Below are positions 37,201 to 48,600 of a stretch of DNA of 64,000 nt, one piece after another (position 1 is the stretch's first letter; each line of letters starts with the position of its first letter). Below the pieces are notes generated by a model that was not told the origin of the DNA, did not search any database, and saw nothing but the letters and a program-made list of their open reading frames with translations. The stretch is from Bugula neritina (taxonomy: Eukaryota; Animalia; Bryozoa), in the NCBI GenBank assembly GCA_964035545.1, contig OZ037765.1, positions 2,046,001-2,110,000 on the forward strand. The letters are read 5' to 3'. The translations under genes and the position numbers were made by a program.

Positions 37201-40200
37201 TCAAGAAGTGGTTACAGAATATCTGCTTCTACTAAAAGACTGGCTAACAGAGAGGGACACTCACAAACAGCTGTGTTGTTGTGCTAGATGCAGATGGTAG
37301 GCAGCGAAGCTGCTTTATGATGCCTTTACGTAACTCAAACATTGCCTGTGGGCAGCGCCTTTCACTTTCAAATCGAAATAGCAAATTAGGAAATTTACAA
37401 TGAAAGTGAATCTTTACATGCTTTAGAAGTTGAAAGTAGCATGATAAAATTTAGTTGAGCTATTTTTATGTTGTAAATTGTATAATTATGCTAATGAGTG
37501 AATATACAACTGGCCACATTTACATAATGCTAGTCTCTAAGAACAAAGCAAGCTCTTTTGATGCCCTCAAACTGGTTACAAATGGTTTATCATAACCAGG
37601 CCAGACCCATTTGAAATGGTCCAATATCAGTCCAGTATAGACGGGACCACCCAAAGGGTATAATATAAACTGGACTACTTGGGAGGTCCAGTAAAAACTG
37701 GACCTCCCAAGTCACATTTAAAATCTCATCAAAATCAATACAGTTAAGCTTTTAGTAGCGTATCTGGGAATTACCTCCACATAGACCAAATACTATGGAG
37801 AAAGCAGAGCCTCTCTCCAGGGCATGACTAGCCAGTATAGATACAGTTGAGATCAAACAACCAAACACAGCCACCTTTCTGCTGCCTATCTTATTACATA
37901 GGGCACTTGCTACTGGACCTAAAACACAAGATATAACAGGCTATATTATAACATTAGACCTTGAGTGCAATAACATCTTCCAACATCCTACATAGGTTGT
38001 ATATAGCTAAAAACATTGTATAAACCAGTGGCTTCAAGAAACTTTTAGTCAACAAAAGAATTTTTTTGCCACAGCTAAAGGAATGCAGTGTGACTTTATA
38101 TAAATACATAACATAAGTTTGTCTGTCAGAAGACATTCATGGAAGGAATATTTTCATATGATGCAGGTTTTCGGCTGAGTTAAAGCTGGAATGAGGGCTT
38201 CATTTTTATGCTAAACATTTCTATTGCCAAATTTTGTGCCAACTATGACAAGTGTTCAAACAATCAAACCAGCAAGATACCTAAAATGAATGCATTTATG
38301 GATACTTCTGGGCCCTAACTAGCAGGTACTCTTACTACTAGACACTAGCTAGCAGGTTCTCCTATTACTAGACACTAGCTAGCAGGTACTCTCACTACTA
38401 GACACTAACTAGCAGGTACTCTTACTACTAGACACTAGCTAGCAGGTACTCTCACTACGGACACTAGCTAGCAGGTTCTCCTATTACTAGACACTAGGTA
38501 ACAGGTACTCTCACTACTAGACACTAGCTAGCAGGTACTCTTACTACTAGATACTAGCTAGCAGGTACTTTTACTACTAGACACTAGCTAGCAGGTACCC
38601 TTACTACTAGACACTATCCAGCAGGTACTCTTATTACTAAATGCCTATTTAATATATATATAATTTAACAGCAGGTGTCCTCACTAGATTTGTATATGAT
38701 TCCATAAATTATTCCTTTCATACAATAATATTTTATTATATGTACTATAAAAATACTTTTCTTCACACCAACAGCTGCTTTGAAAAGTGTGAACTGTATT
38801 TGGGAATAATGCCAACATGATGAACAAAACATAATAAAAATGAATTCAATTAAAGCATTGTATCAAATCAAGCTATAAGGAAAAACATATTTTATCTGGT
38901 GAAACAAATTTGCATTAATACTTTTCCTTGACATCATCGCAACAAGCAACCCAGGGCAGCTTTTAATAGATAATAACACTGGTAGGGAAACGGACAAATA
39001 TACTCTATCATGTGTAGATGATACAGCCTAATTTCCATTTTTAAAGTTTATGCCAATTTCTCATGGCATCAGCATTTCAACAAGAGTTGGATGACGTTAA
39101 GAGGGCCACTGTTATCAATGTGAAGAACTTGACATTTCCACCTCACAAACAAACTTGATACTTCAACGTGAAAGCGGATATTAGGCCATACACTAGAGAG
39201 TAACTTGTGTCAGCTTAAGCAAACAAATCAGAAGCAGCACCAGGAATCTTCTTGCCAGTTTTCATTACAAAATAATATTTATATAGAAAAGACAAACTGC
39301 AATCTATAGATGACACCTGTCTCCGTTTTATATCTGGTGCACGTTGCTTAGGTTAATGAAATACCAGCTTTAAGGAGAACAGGTTATGTGAGTAGTTTGA
39401 CTGAATTTGTGTTAAAGTTCCATCCAAATTGAATAGTGGGTTTGAAAATATCAACATAAAATGCTAAGCATGAAACTGCATGTGGAATTTCATTTATTTC
39501 CATTTTCTGCATATGGTTAGCTAATGAAGCTACTACTCCTTCAGCATACCAGTGTTTTAGAACAGTATTGGACAGCATGCTATATTTCCTAACATTTGAG
39601 GAACCTCCATTGAATCTGAAGCAGCATGGAAATTTTAACACGGAGTTGCCATTTCATTTGCTTAATAGTTTTATTTCCACAATTAAAGCCTCTGTATTTA
39701 TTCACATAGGTGCCTGAGCAGTAGGTAGTACAGTTGGTGAAAGGTTTCTAGTAAAAATAAGAGACAGTGTAGGGACTTGTTCACATAGCCGGCTAACAGA
39801 GCGTGGCTCCATTCCTTATACATGGGATATGCTTTAAGGAAGCCTTTGAGATGAGCAAATTTTAAACACACATGTGTTAAACATTCATTGCTAGAGTCAA
39901 CAGTAGCTGTTTCCTTAAACCAATGCTGACATTTTTTTAGCTTAAAGGCAGCTATTCATCAGATCGTCTTGTCAGGATTTTGAAGAAGATTGACCATATA
40001 TGTAGTTTAAAATGAATTAAAAAGTTATTCCATTAAACTCAGTGGCATTCGATTGGAAAAAAATCATGTAAAAAACAAATAACATTATACCTAAAGTGTT
40101 GTGAATTAAAAGTAAGGTTAATGTAAAGCCACATAGTTTATGCCTAATTGTAAAAAAGCAGTGTTTACAAAAACATTTTCTCTTACAAACCTGTAAAGAG

Positions 40201-40588
40201 ACAAAACATATGCCAACAACTCTCCAATTGTGAAAAATGAGCAAAAACTATGAAACTATCTGAACCGGACAACTGTAGAGCTCAACGAGTTATTAGCATA
40301 AACTACTAGACAGGGAGTAACCGTACCTGACATCATGTAAGTACCGAGCAACATGGCTCCACCGAGACTCATCATGGCCGTCGAAGTTTTGAAGGTCTCG
40401 ATTAAAGAAGGCATTAAAATCCCATAGCTATAACACACACCATCCACGATCATGTTCATGAGAAATGAGGCGCATACTATGACCCACCCCCAACCACCAT
40501 CTGGAGGGATGGGTGGAGGAATCGCGTCTAGAGCTCGTCTAAATTCCTCTTCTTCCTCCTCGATGTCTTCTCTCGTCATACGCCTCAT
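28237..40588 (-). CDS. SLC16/MCT-family transporter, paralog D, about 707 aa with a long central loop. Exons 40588-40327, 37918-37775, 36786-36574, 33444-33210, 31856-31601, 30944-30731, 30456-30271, 29639-29361, 28749-28624, 28445-28237
   Basis: PPDGGWGWVIV, YFERNRGIAATLAMCGSSVG, GALLRP, RPMYRKDIYYTGS, GFSNTFGRLISG and GAPVAGYLLD; phases consistent (2124 nt). Confidence 0.92.
28800..28918. repeat. Three degenerate 45-50 bp units with a tRNA T-arm-like GGTTCGAATCCC
   Basis: GAAGGGTTCGAATCCCACTCTACGTTGCTATATGACATGT repeated about 50 nt from the exon 9 acceptor of paralog D. Confidence 0.65.
29717..29920 (+). mobile_element. Degenerate SINE-like element, family 2
   Basis: TAGCAGCGGTGG head, core GGCCATTGATGATGTCAGAAAGGGCAA and an ACTTTAA end; locally GC-richer than its flanks. 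Confidence 0.45.
33054..33192. repeat. (CAGA/CACA)n compound microsatellite starting about 17 nt from the exon 4 donor of paralog D
   Basis: ACAGACAGACACACAGAC... directly visible. Confidence 0.92.
34216..35210. repeat. 22-bp minisatellite, about 45 copies
   Basis: (GTAGAGAGGATAGTGTATATAT)n mid-intron in paralog D. Confidence 0.98.
35577..35664. repeat. 39-bp tandem duplication
   Basis: TGTTGACAGGAAAT.AG.GTGATGA..CTCTAACTGGAA twice. Confidence 0.8.
38316..38640. repeat. 30-bp minisatellite, about 11 copies
   Basis: (CTAGCAGGTACTCTTACTACTAGACACTAG)n. Confidence 0.96.
39060..39720 (+). mobile_element. Heavily degraded Ty3/Gypsy-like reverse transcriptase remnant
   Basis: Frameshifted plus-strand translation gives KLNSGFENINI / AKHETA / TPSAYQCFRTVLDSM / TFEEPPLNL, in the order of Gypsy RT motifs (LDLxSGYxQI, KEKTAF, APxTFQRxMxxVL, TFEEHLxxL); many stops. 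Confidence 0.4.
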
Positions 40589-43500
40589 CTCTACCAGAGT
40601 GTAGTAAGTTAAAGATTAACAACTACCTTGTATTAGAGCTGGGCCAATCTTGAAAGAGTTATAATAATTAAAACCATACAATATCACATTATTATGATTA
40701 TAAACTCCCTAGATAAAGGCATTTAAATATAATTTGGAAGTCAAGATGATTGAAAAATTTGCTTCTAATTAAAGTTATGCACAGCCCTACAGACAAAGAC
40801 AGTGATTTAGCACTTTTATTTATAAAACTTTTTATTATACATAAAAAAATTAAAAAAAACATAGATAAATTTGAAAACTCAACATACATATATACACACA
40901 TAGACACTTCTTTTTATTCTACATTAAAAACTAAATGACTGAAAACTGATTTTAATAAAAATGAACAGATACCAACCTTAATGTTTCTAGATGTCCTTGA
41001 GCTGAAGTTAGAGGTCTAGTAGAAATTTCTATCAATCTGCAGGTCACAACAACCGGTATAATATGAAATAAAGCTGACAACACAATTATATAGTGAAGGC
41101 ACCTAAGTGAATAAGTTTTGTCAACTGCTTCAGGAAAACTAGCTATAGCCTTCGATCCTAGTGCATATTAAAAGTAAGACAGCAACCAAATGAGGTAACA
41201 GAAAACACGCCAACAGCAACATTAAACATAAGCTAGCTCCGGAATTCTTACCATAACACAGCATGCTTACCATAACAGGAGAGTAGAGAAACAAAACTAA
41301 CAGCTCCCTCTAGTGACAGTGAAGTAGATAATACTCTCAGTCTAACAGCTCCAAGAACTCCATCTAAGTAACAGAAACATATATATATATATATAGAATA
41401 AGACATATTATGCAACAGCTGAAAGCCTATAATTAGCCAAACTTATATTTGAGTCATAGAGAGAATACCCATAAGAAATGTGGGCGCAGTATGCGCAACC
41501 TGTTTTTTGAATAAATTGCCATGATTTCGCATTGAATTGTGGATCAGGGAGATAAAAATATTTTGGTAAAGGAACTAAGAGAAAATGTGTTATTTGTTAA
41601 AACATGAACATGTGTTTTTGTGTAACTTGGCAATTTTGTTTTTGTAAAAATATATATATTAGAACGGCAGGAAAACTGTAAGTGAAGATGAAGTCTCACA
41701 CCTTCAACGTATTAAATACACATAACTGATGCATGTCCAACCATACTCTATAATTAAAAACAATATTTTGGTGATGTGTATAACGAATATCTAACACAGA
41801 AAGTGAGAAGCTGTTTAAGTGCCCTTTGCAAACATTTTACTTAGTTCTGTCTAGGTGGTAAGATGTCCAGTACTTAAAATAACCTAGTCACTATTTGAAA
41901 CTGCCACCAAGTCTAATAAAAATGTTTATAAGTACACCAAGAAAACAAAAGGTTGGGTTGGCCAGCTGTCTTAAGTTGAGTTCTTATTTTAGCTGACAAT
42001 AAACCTTGTATCCAAGTGATTTAATAGACCATCAGCTTAGTATAAAAAAGGAAAAGCAAACATTGAGCAACCCAAAACAAGAAGGACAAAATTTTCTCAA
42101 CCTAAACCGGCCACATGTATGAGAAAATCAAGATACAGGTGACAAATAGACAGAGTGTGAGCCAAAACACACAATTAATCTAAATGCACCTTTGAATGAG
42201 CAGCGTTATGAAGAAATAGTAGGGGATATCCTTTTAGCATCAGCTCTAGATATTTTCCTAAGACATGCTTTATTTTTATGTTGGTTTTATAAACCTGGAA
42301 TCATAACAAATAGCCATCAGTAAGAAGAAAATAATTTACAATTGCTCAGCAACTGACTCTTGAAGGTAACTGTGGGGCTAGAAGTGTGTTTATTAGGGTA
42401 ACTGTAGAACTAAAGGTGTGTTTATTGAAGTGTGCAATGTTTATGCAACTCTAAACTATATCATGTAATAACATGATATAGTTTAGAGTCAGACACAAGA
42501 CCTATACAGAAAGATTTTTGATGGTAATGTAAGAGGATGTGCATATCACAGACTATCTTCAAGCCACTGCTATGTTTTCTTTAAAGTGAGGTATTTATCC
42601 TCCAGTTGCTTTAAATTAGACCTATTTACCCAAAGTAACACACCAGTATCATACAACTAATACTAGTGTGGTATTCCTCACATAGATTTGATGTGAAAAA
42701 AACTTTAGAGATTGTGCATCCCATTGTAGTTGAGTAGCTTTTTTTTAGGCAAATGAGCACATAGGTATACTGAATGTGTCAATAACAATGTGATTTAATT
42801 ATGTTGTTATTATCCTCATACCTTTAAATTTTCAATAGCAGTTCAATTTTCAGACGAACATAATTTTTCTGACAGCATTTAATAACTTTGTACAAAAAAG
42901 CTAATTCATAGCAGAAAAGAAAGTGGCATACAGAATCAACCTAACAACTGATTACTGGAGCACTAGCATTCTATCACAGCGTGACAACTGTAAGGAAAAA
43001 CTCAATCAAAAGTCCCATTATAAGCTATAAAAAGTTGAAATGAAAGAGTATAGAAGGGAACAGAGTTCAAACTTAGATAACATTTACTGGATCAGCTCAA
43101 ATTGTTTAACATCAAAAATTTTTGCCAGCCTTCATATAGATGGGCTTAGTGAGATAAATCCAAGCAAACATAATTAACCCGCTGCAAGCCAAAATTTGAC
43201 CAAAACCTGATAAAAAGCAAAGAATAGTGAGAAAATGTGTCACCAGAATGTTTAAAAAATACTGCTGTTGTATTTTCCACCACAAACTTCAACCCAAGCT
43301 TTTAAAAAGTTCAACTGTCACTGAGTCTAATCACATCGATAGTAACTACAGATTGTGAAACTATATTATCATAACTCCACTCTTCTACACTAAGAAAACA
43401 CTCAACAGATGTGGTTCCCAAGTAAATCCCAACTAATCATTTAACCATTGTTATAACTTTGATGAGAATAATATGATGGAAATAGAGCTTGGATGAATAT

Positions 43501-44908
43501 TTTGCAGTAAGAACTAATCAAATCTGGTTTTTGCTCACACTGATTACTTATAGCTTTTTCATTATAATATACTACATTCAGTTACACTATTTGAAGCTTT
43601 ACTGATAAAAATACACCAACATTGAACTAAGTGATTTAAAGTTACTGTTGGCAAGATGTGACTAGTACAATTTATCGCAGCATAAATGAATAGAACTCTA
43701 CAAAACTTCCATATTATAACATTCAGATGCAGTGGTGGAGTTTGATTTTGATAACCTGAATTCTTCAATTTTCTTAATAAATTTGGGTTTAGGGCTTAGG
43801 TCGAAATTTTCATGACAACATAACTTCTCTTGGCTACATTTCTAATCGAGATCACAGGATATTTTTCCATTACTGTACCTACCTCCAGTTACAATGGTGA
43901 TGCTATTTGTTGCAATTCAACGACAGGTAGAAAATAGTCATTATACATATATTCCAAAGTGATTCTTACTAGGAGAGGAGGAGAGAAGCTAAATAAACTT
44001 GCTAATTGCAAATTAAATTAGATTGGGCATCGATAAGAAAGCCCAAACTATACTGAAAATGAGATAATACTTTTAACTTGTGCTCTTAGCCATGAATCAG
44101 TTTTAAATACCCATATAATTAGAATTGTTATCCATAAACTGTCACTATACTTTTAATTTTAGAGACTTGAAGTCTTGCTCTTAGTGTGAGTAATTATGAT
44201 TATTACAACATCAACTGGCTAAAATATGTTTTTAGTACGAAATTTAATATGTAACTAACTAACTTAATTGCAGAGCTGGGTGTTAAAATGAAAAGTTATT
44301 GTTCATATCTGCAGGCTATGCGGCTAATATGATGATAATCATAATGATAATGGTACTCATATTCATATTGGTATTTATAAAAGAGTAGTAATACTGAGTG
44401 TTAGCTAATAAATTAGCACTACGACCGTGACTATTACTAAAACTCTAACTACTAAGATCTATTAAATTTAGTATTACATTGTCATTAGTATTAGTAATGC
44501 TAATACTAATAGTATTGCTATTGCTATTACATTTACTAACTTAGCAATCCAACTAAAAAGTAAGCACAGTTATAATCACTTTATTAGAATCATAATGTGA
44601 ATGTTGAAAAATCTTTGAGCAACCTACTAACTAAGTCCAGTAAACTAGTACTACAACTAGTAGTACTTTAACTTAGTGATACTGAGATCACAAAAAGGTA
44701 GACCCCACTCGTATTTATAATACTAATAGTGAGACTAATAGTAATACTAATAATAACATCAATTATAAATTTCAACTTGAAGACTAAACACTAAAGAATG
44801 CAAGACCAAGTATCCATTTTGATTGATTGAATTTGATTTGATTTAACAAATTGAAATTCATAAACAATATTCTAAAGCTTTTAAAAAGAAACAAAATTGC
44901 TTACTCAC

Positions 44909-45175
44909 CGTTTAAAATGATTATTTTGCATACTGGTAAAATCTTAATTTTTAACGAAGATAGATGGAGGTAAACAAAATTAATATGAATAAAATAATAT
45001 TAAAATGAGTACAATTTTAGCAAGCAACAAGTGTTTACAAAAGTTTGAGCATGTGCACCTGCAAACTAGCCAATAAAAAATAGGTTTGTTATTATGATTA
45101 GCCAATAAAAAACTTGGATTTAGGCTATAGCGTGCCGTTCAAAAGGGTAAATAACTCTACTATTGTAGCCAATAT
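44909..45175 (-). promoter_or_regulatory. Putative promoter and non-coding first exon of MCT paralog D with three CCAAT boxes
   Basis: Donor ACG|GTGAGT at 44909/44908; TAGCCAATA at about 45067, 45099 and 45166 (first two 32 bp apart, NF-Y-like spacing). Confidence 0.45.
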
Positions 45176-45656
45176 CTTATACTATGAGAAGACAATTAAG
45201 AAAAAAATTTACGCGAAGTGTTTGTTTTTACAAATCATTGTTTTGTTAGACCCGTCTAAGTTAGCCATGTATTCGAAACATTAAAATTATGAGCATGTCA
45301 GACTGTTAGACTAAACTGAAGTTTAAAAATTAAAATCACAATGAACGTGTTTTCATTACAGGTTTGCAATTGTAAACGAGCACCTCAAGCTCAAATACAG
45401 ATTACAATTTCATTACAGAGACAATCAGGAATCAAAGGTGCAATCCATTTTATTAAGATAGAACAGATATTTCATCAATAAACCAACAAAACAGTTTTTC
45501 AAAATTTATAAGATTCATTTGTCTAAAATTAAAATTACAAAGAATGAAAGTGTCATAAACAACTAGATGCGAGATGCATGCATTGATAGAACTGCTCTTA
45601 CATAATGACATCTCATGATTTATCACTTTTATAGTATAAGACGTTGCAACGTCCAG

Positions 45657-48600
45657 CTAACTGGTAGAGCGTTTGTGTCCCTTATGGTGCTTCTTGAACC
45701 TACTGTTAGCCTTGCTGATGTACTTTTGTTTGATATAACTGCGAACCTCCTTTCGAACTTCAGACAAATCCTTGTTTCCGGAATCTTCTTCCTCCGACAG
45801 TTGACAGAGAGAATAATCTGGAGAGTTATCTGCTTTTGGCGTGTTCCTCTCAATCTGCTGCAGAGAGGGGCGGGTATGGTGGTCACCCGCACTTTCACGT
45901 TCATTGTAAGAATACCCCAGACTATTCTCCGGGCTAGCCGACTCTCCCTTATTACTAGCATAGTAGGAGGTGCCGGCTAGAATATGTTTGTGGTGTTTGG
46001 AGTGTTTCTTGGAATGCTTTTTACTCTTCTTTGTTTCACTAGAAAATATTGAATGAAATTGAAATCAAACAAATAAGCTGATTTGACAGAGAAAAAACTC
46101 GTTTAATTACAATCACATGAAAATATATTATGCCACATTACACTATATAATGTAGTATTATGTTGTATAATATACATATATGTACTATATCATATTATAT
46201 ACACTATGTTCCCATTGATTCACAGGGATTTTTCATTAGATGTTTGGCAACAGATCAATTGAATGAAACCACAATCACAAATCCATATGCATCTAAGCAA
46301 TGAGCGTAGTTATAGTATAATATATTATATAATATAATATAGTACAATACACAGTAGGTATACAATGTTATACTATATTGAAATCTAGAGTCAGTGAAAG
46401 GAATATCTTACTGCTGTTTCCCATCCCTATGCTTATCCGACTTCCTTTTCTTCTTCTTCTTGGGCTGATCAGGGGTGTCACACCTCGTCTCCGGAGTGTC
46501 ACATCTTGTCTCCGGGGTGTCACATCTTGTCTCTGGAGTGTCACACCTCCTTTCCGGCGTGTCCACCAGGTGGCGCTTTGGTCTCGCAGCTTCAAACATC
46601 ACCATACAATCTGAATCATCCGACAGAACAGGCCTTGACCTATAAATATTACAACGTCTGAGCCTTAAGCAGCCATTAATAATATAGACTGGTGCAGGAG
46701 TAAACAACTCTGCGCTGATGAATGTTGCCTAGAAATTTCAATATTCATGAAGTCTACACACAAACACATTTACAAGAAAACCCAAATATGTGGAAATGAA
46801 AGAAGAATGCAAGAATAGATAACTCCACACTGTATAGCATATCCCTACAATTTGGAATATATTTCACTATACATAGCGAAATATATTCCACATTGTATAG
46901 TGTATAGTGTTTAGTTATTAGACTTTAGTACATGTACTAAAGTCTAACAACTAAACACAATCAAGTCAGAATCAGTAAATCTGAAGCTGACGTTCATAAG
47001 CTGAATATAACTTGGCAAAGAGAAACCCTGATATATTATATCATTGCAACTGGACAACATATAGAAGTGCATAGATCTCGCCAGTGAACAAATACAAGAT
47101 ATTTCTAAGCTTAGTATAAACACAAACATGAGCCATTAGCCCAACTGAATAAACTCACGTATCTGACTGGAACTCTCTTCTAGAATGTTCCTGCTCCTCA
47201 GAGGAGCTGGTGAGATGGGGATCTCCATAATACTTGTTTACTGGAGCTGGAGGTGATTCTTCCTTCCTACAGGATAACCACTCCATGTTTTACTACTAAT
47301 TTAGCTCCCATCAGCTTTATATTAAATTATTTTTCCATAGACAAATACTTTACATTTATCATATCAACTACCAATCAACAAAGTGACCCATGCAGGCCCT
47401 TTTACATTATATAGGTTAGGGGAAACAGCATTCATTTGTTAGGGACATCCACATTGAGTGGCAGCATAAATATGGTTGAAAAGAATGCTTAGTTGCTTTT
47501 AAATAATTGGAATAATATTAGCTTCTTGAGTAATTCATGTTTGCAAATGTGATATTATTAATATATATACTTACTATTCTACACTATATAATATAAGATT
47601 GTTAATAGATACACTTACTGATCTATACTATATAATATAATATTATTAATAGATACACTTACTATTCTACACTATATAATATAATACTATTAATAGATAC
47701 ACTTACTGTTCTACACTATATAATATAATACTATTAATAGATACACTTACTGCTCTACACTATATAATATAATACTATTAATAGATACACTTACTGCTTG
47801 CTCTACACTATATAATATAATACTATTAATAGATACACTTACTATTCTACACTATATAATATAATACTATTAATAGATACACTTACTATTCTACACTATA
47901 TAATATAATAATATTACTAGATACACTTACTGATCTACATTATTCTCATCACTGCTGTCAGTCAGTCTACTAATACCAGACAAGGGCTTAGACTCAACGT
48001 CCACTTTCTCATCTACAAACCAAGACAGGAAATACTTGAATTTTGAACCGCTTAAATTTTTTAAATAAATTAAGAGTATGTATATCTAACACATTGGCTT
48101 CATATAATAATTGATATTTAAATGATGCATTTTTATAGCAGTTTTTCATAATACTGAATGAAAGTTAAGCAAGAAGTGAAGGAGAATCTTAAACTGAATA
48201 TTTTTGTAGCCAAGAGTAAGGAAACAGGCTGCAACCACCTTCAGTGTCGGAGGAGAGTGAAATAGGAGTTCGAGCAATGTACGGCTTCTGTTCCGAGACT
48301 ATTATGACATCAGAAGAGTGCGAGCTCGTCTGACTATCTCGTCTCTCTCTCCTCGGTGACTCGGAGGGAGCCGGGGTAGAGCTCGTCGTGTCGCTGTCAA
48401 ACGTTATTCTCTGGTTAACGGGTGAGAGAGGGCTCTGAAACCTCTGCCCTTAAATGAGATATATAAACAGTAAAATGTTAGTCTATTTTGTGAATTTCAC
48501 CTTCACACCTAAAATATCGTATTTCACCATCACATCTGGTACCTTAACTAAGTTATTGATAATAAATATTCAACCCATTATTCTCTTCAACCTCTTGTAT

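Noticed and set aside
38316-38640. CAG|GTA-containing 30-bp array as another splice-site array
   Set aside because: The motif is on the strand opposite the host gene and about 400 nt from the nearest exon. Together with the arrays at 7005, 13597 and 34216 it shows that not all arrays are junction-anchored.
45615-45980. ORFs of 121 aa (+) and 110 aa (-)
   Set aside because: Antisense and alternate-frame shadows of the last TOPORS-like exon.
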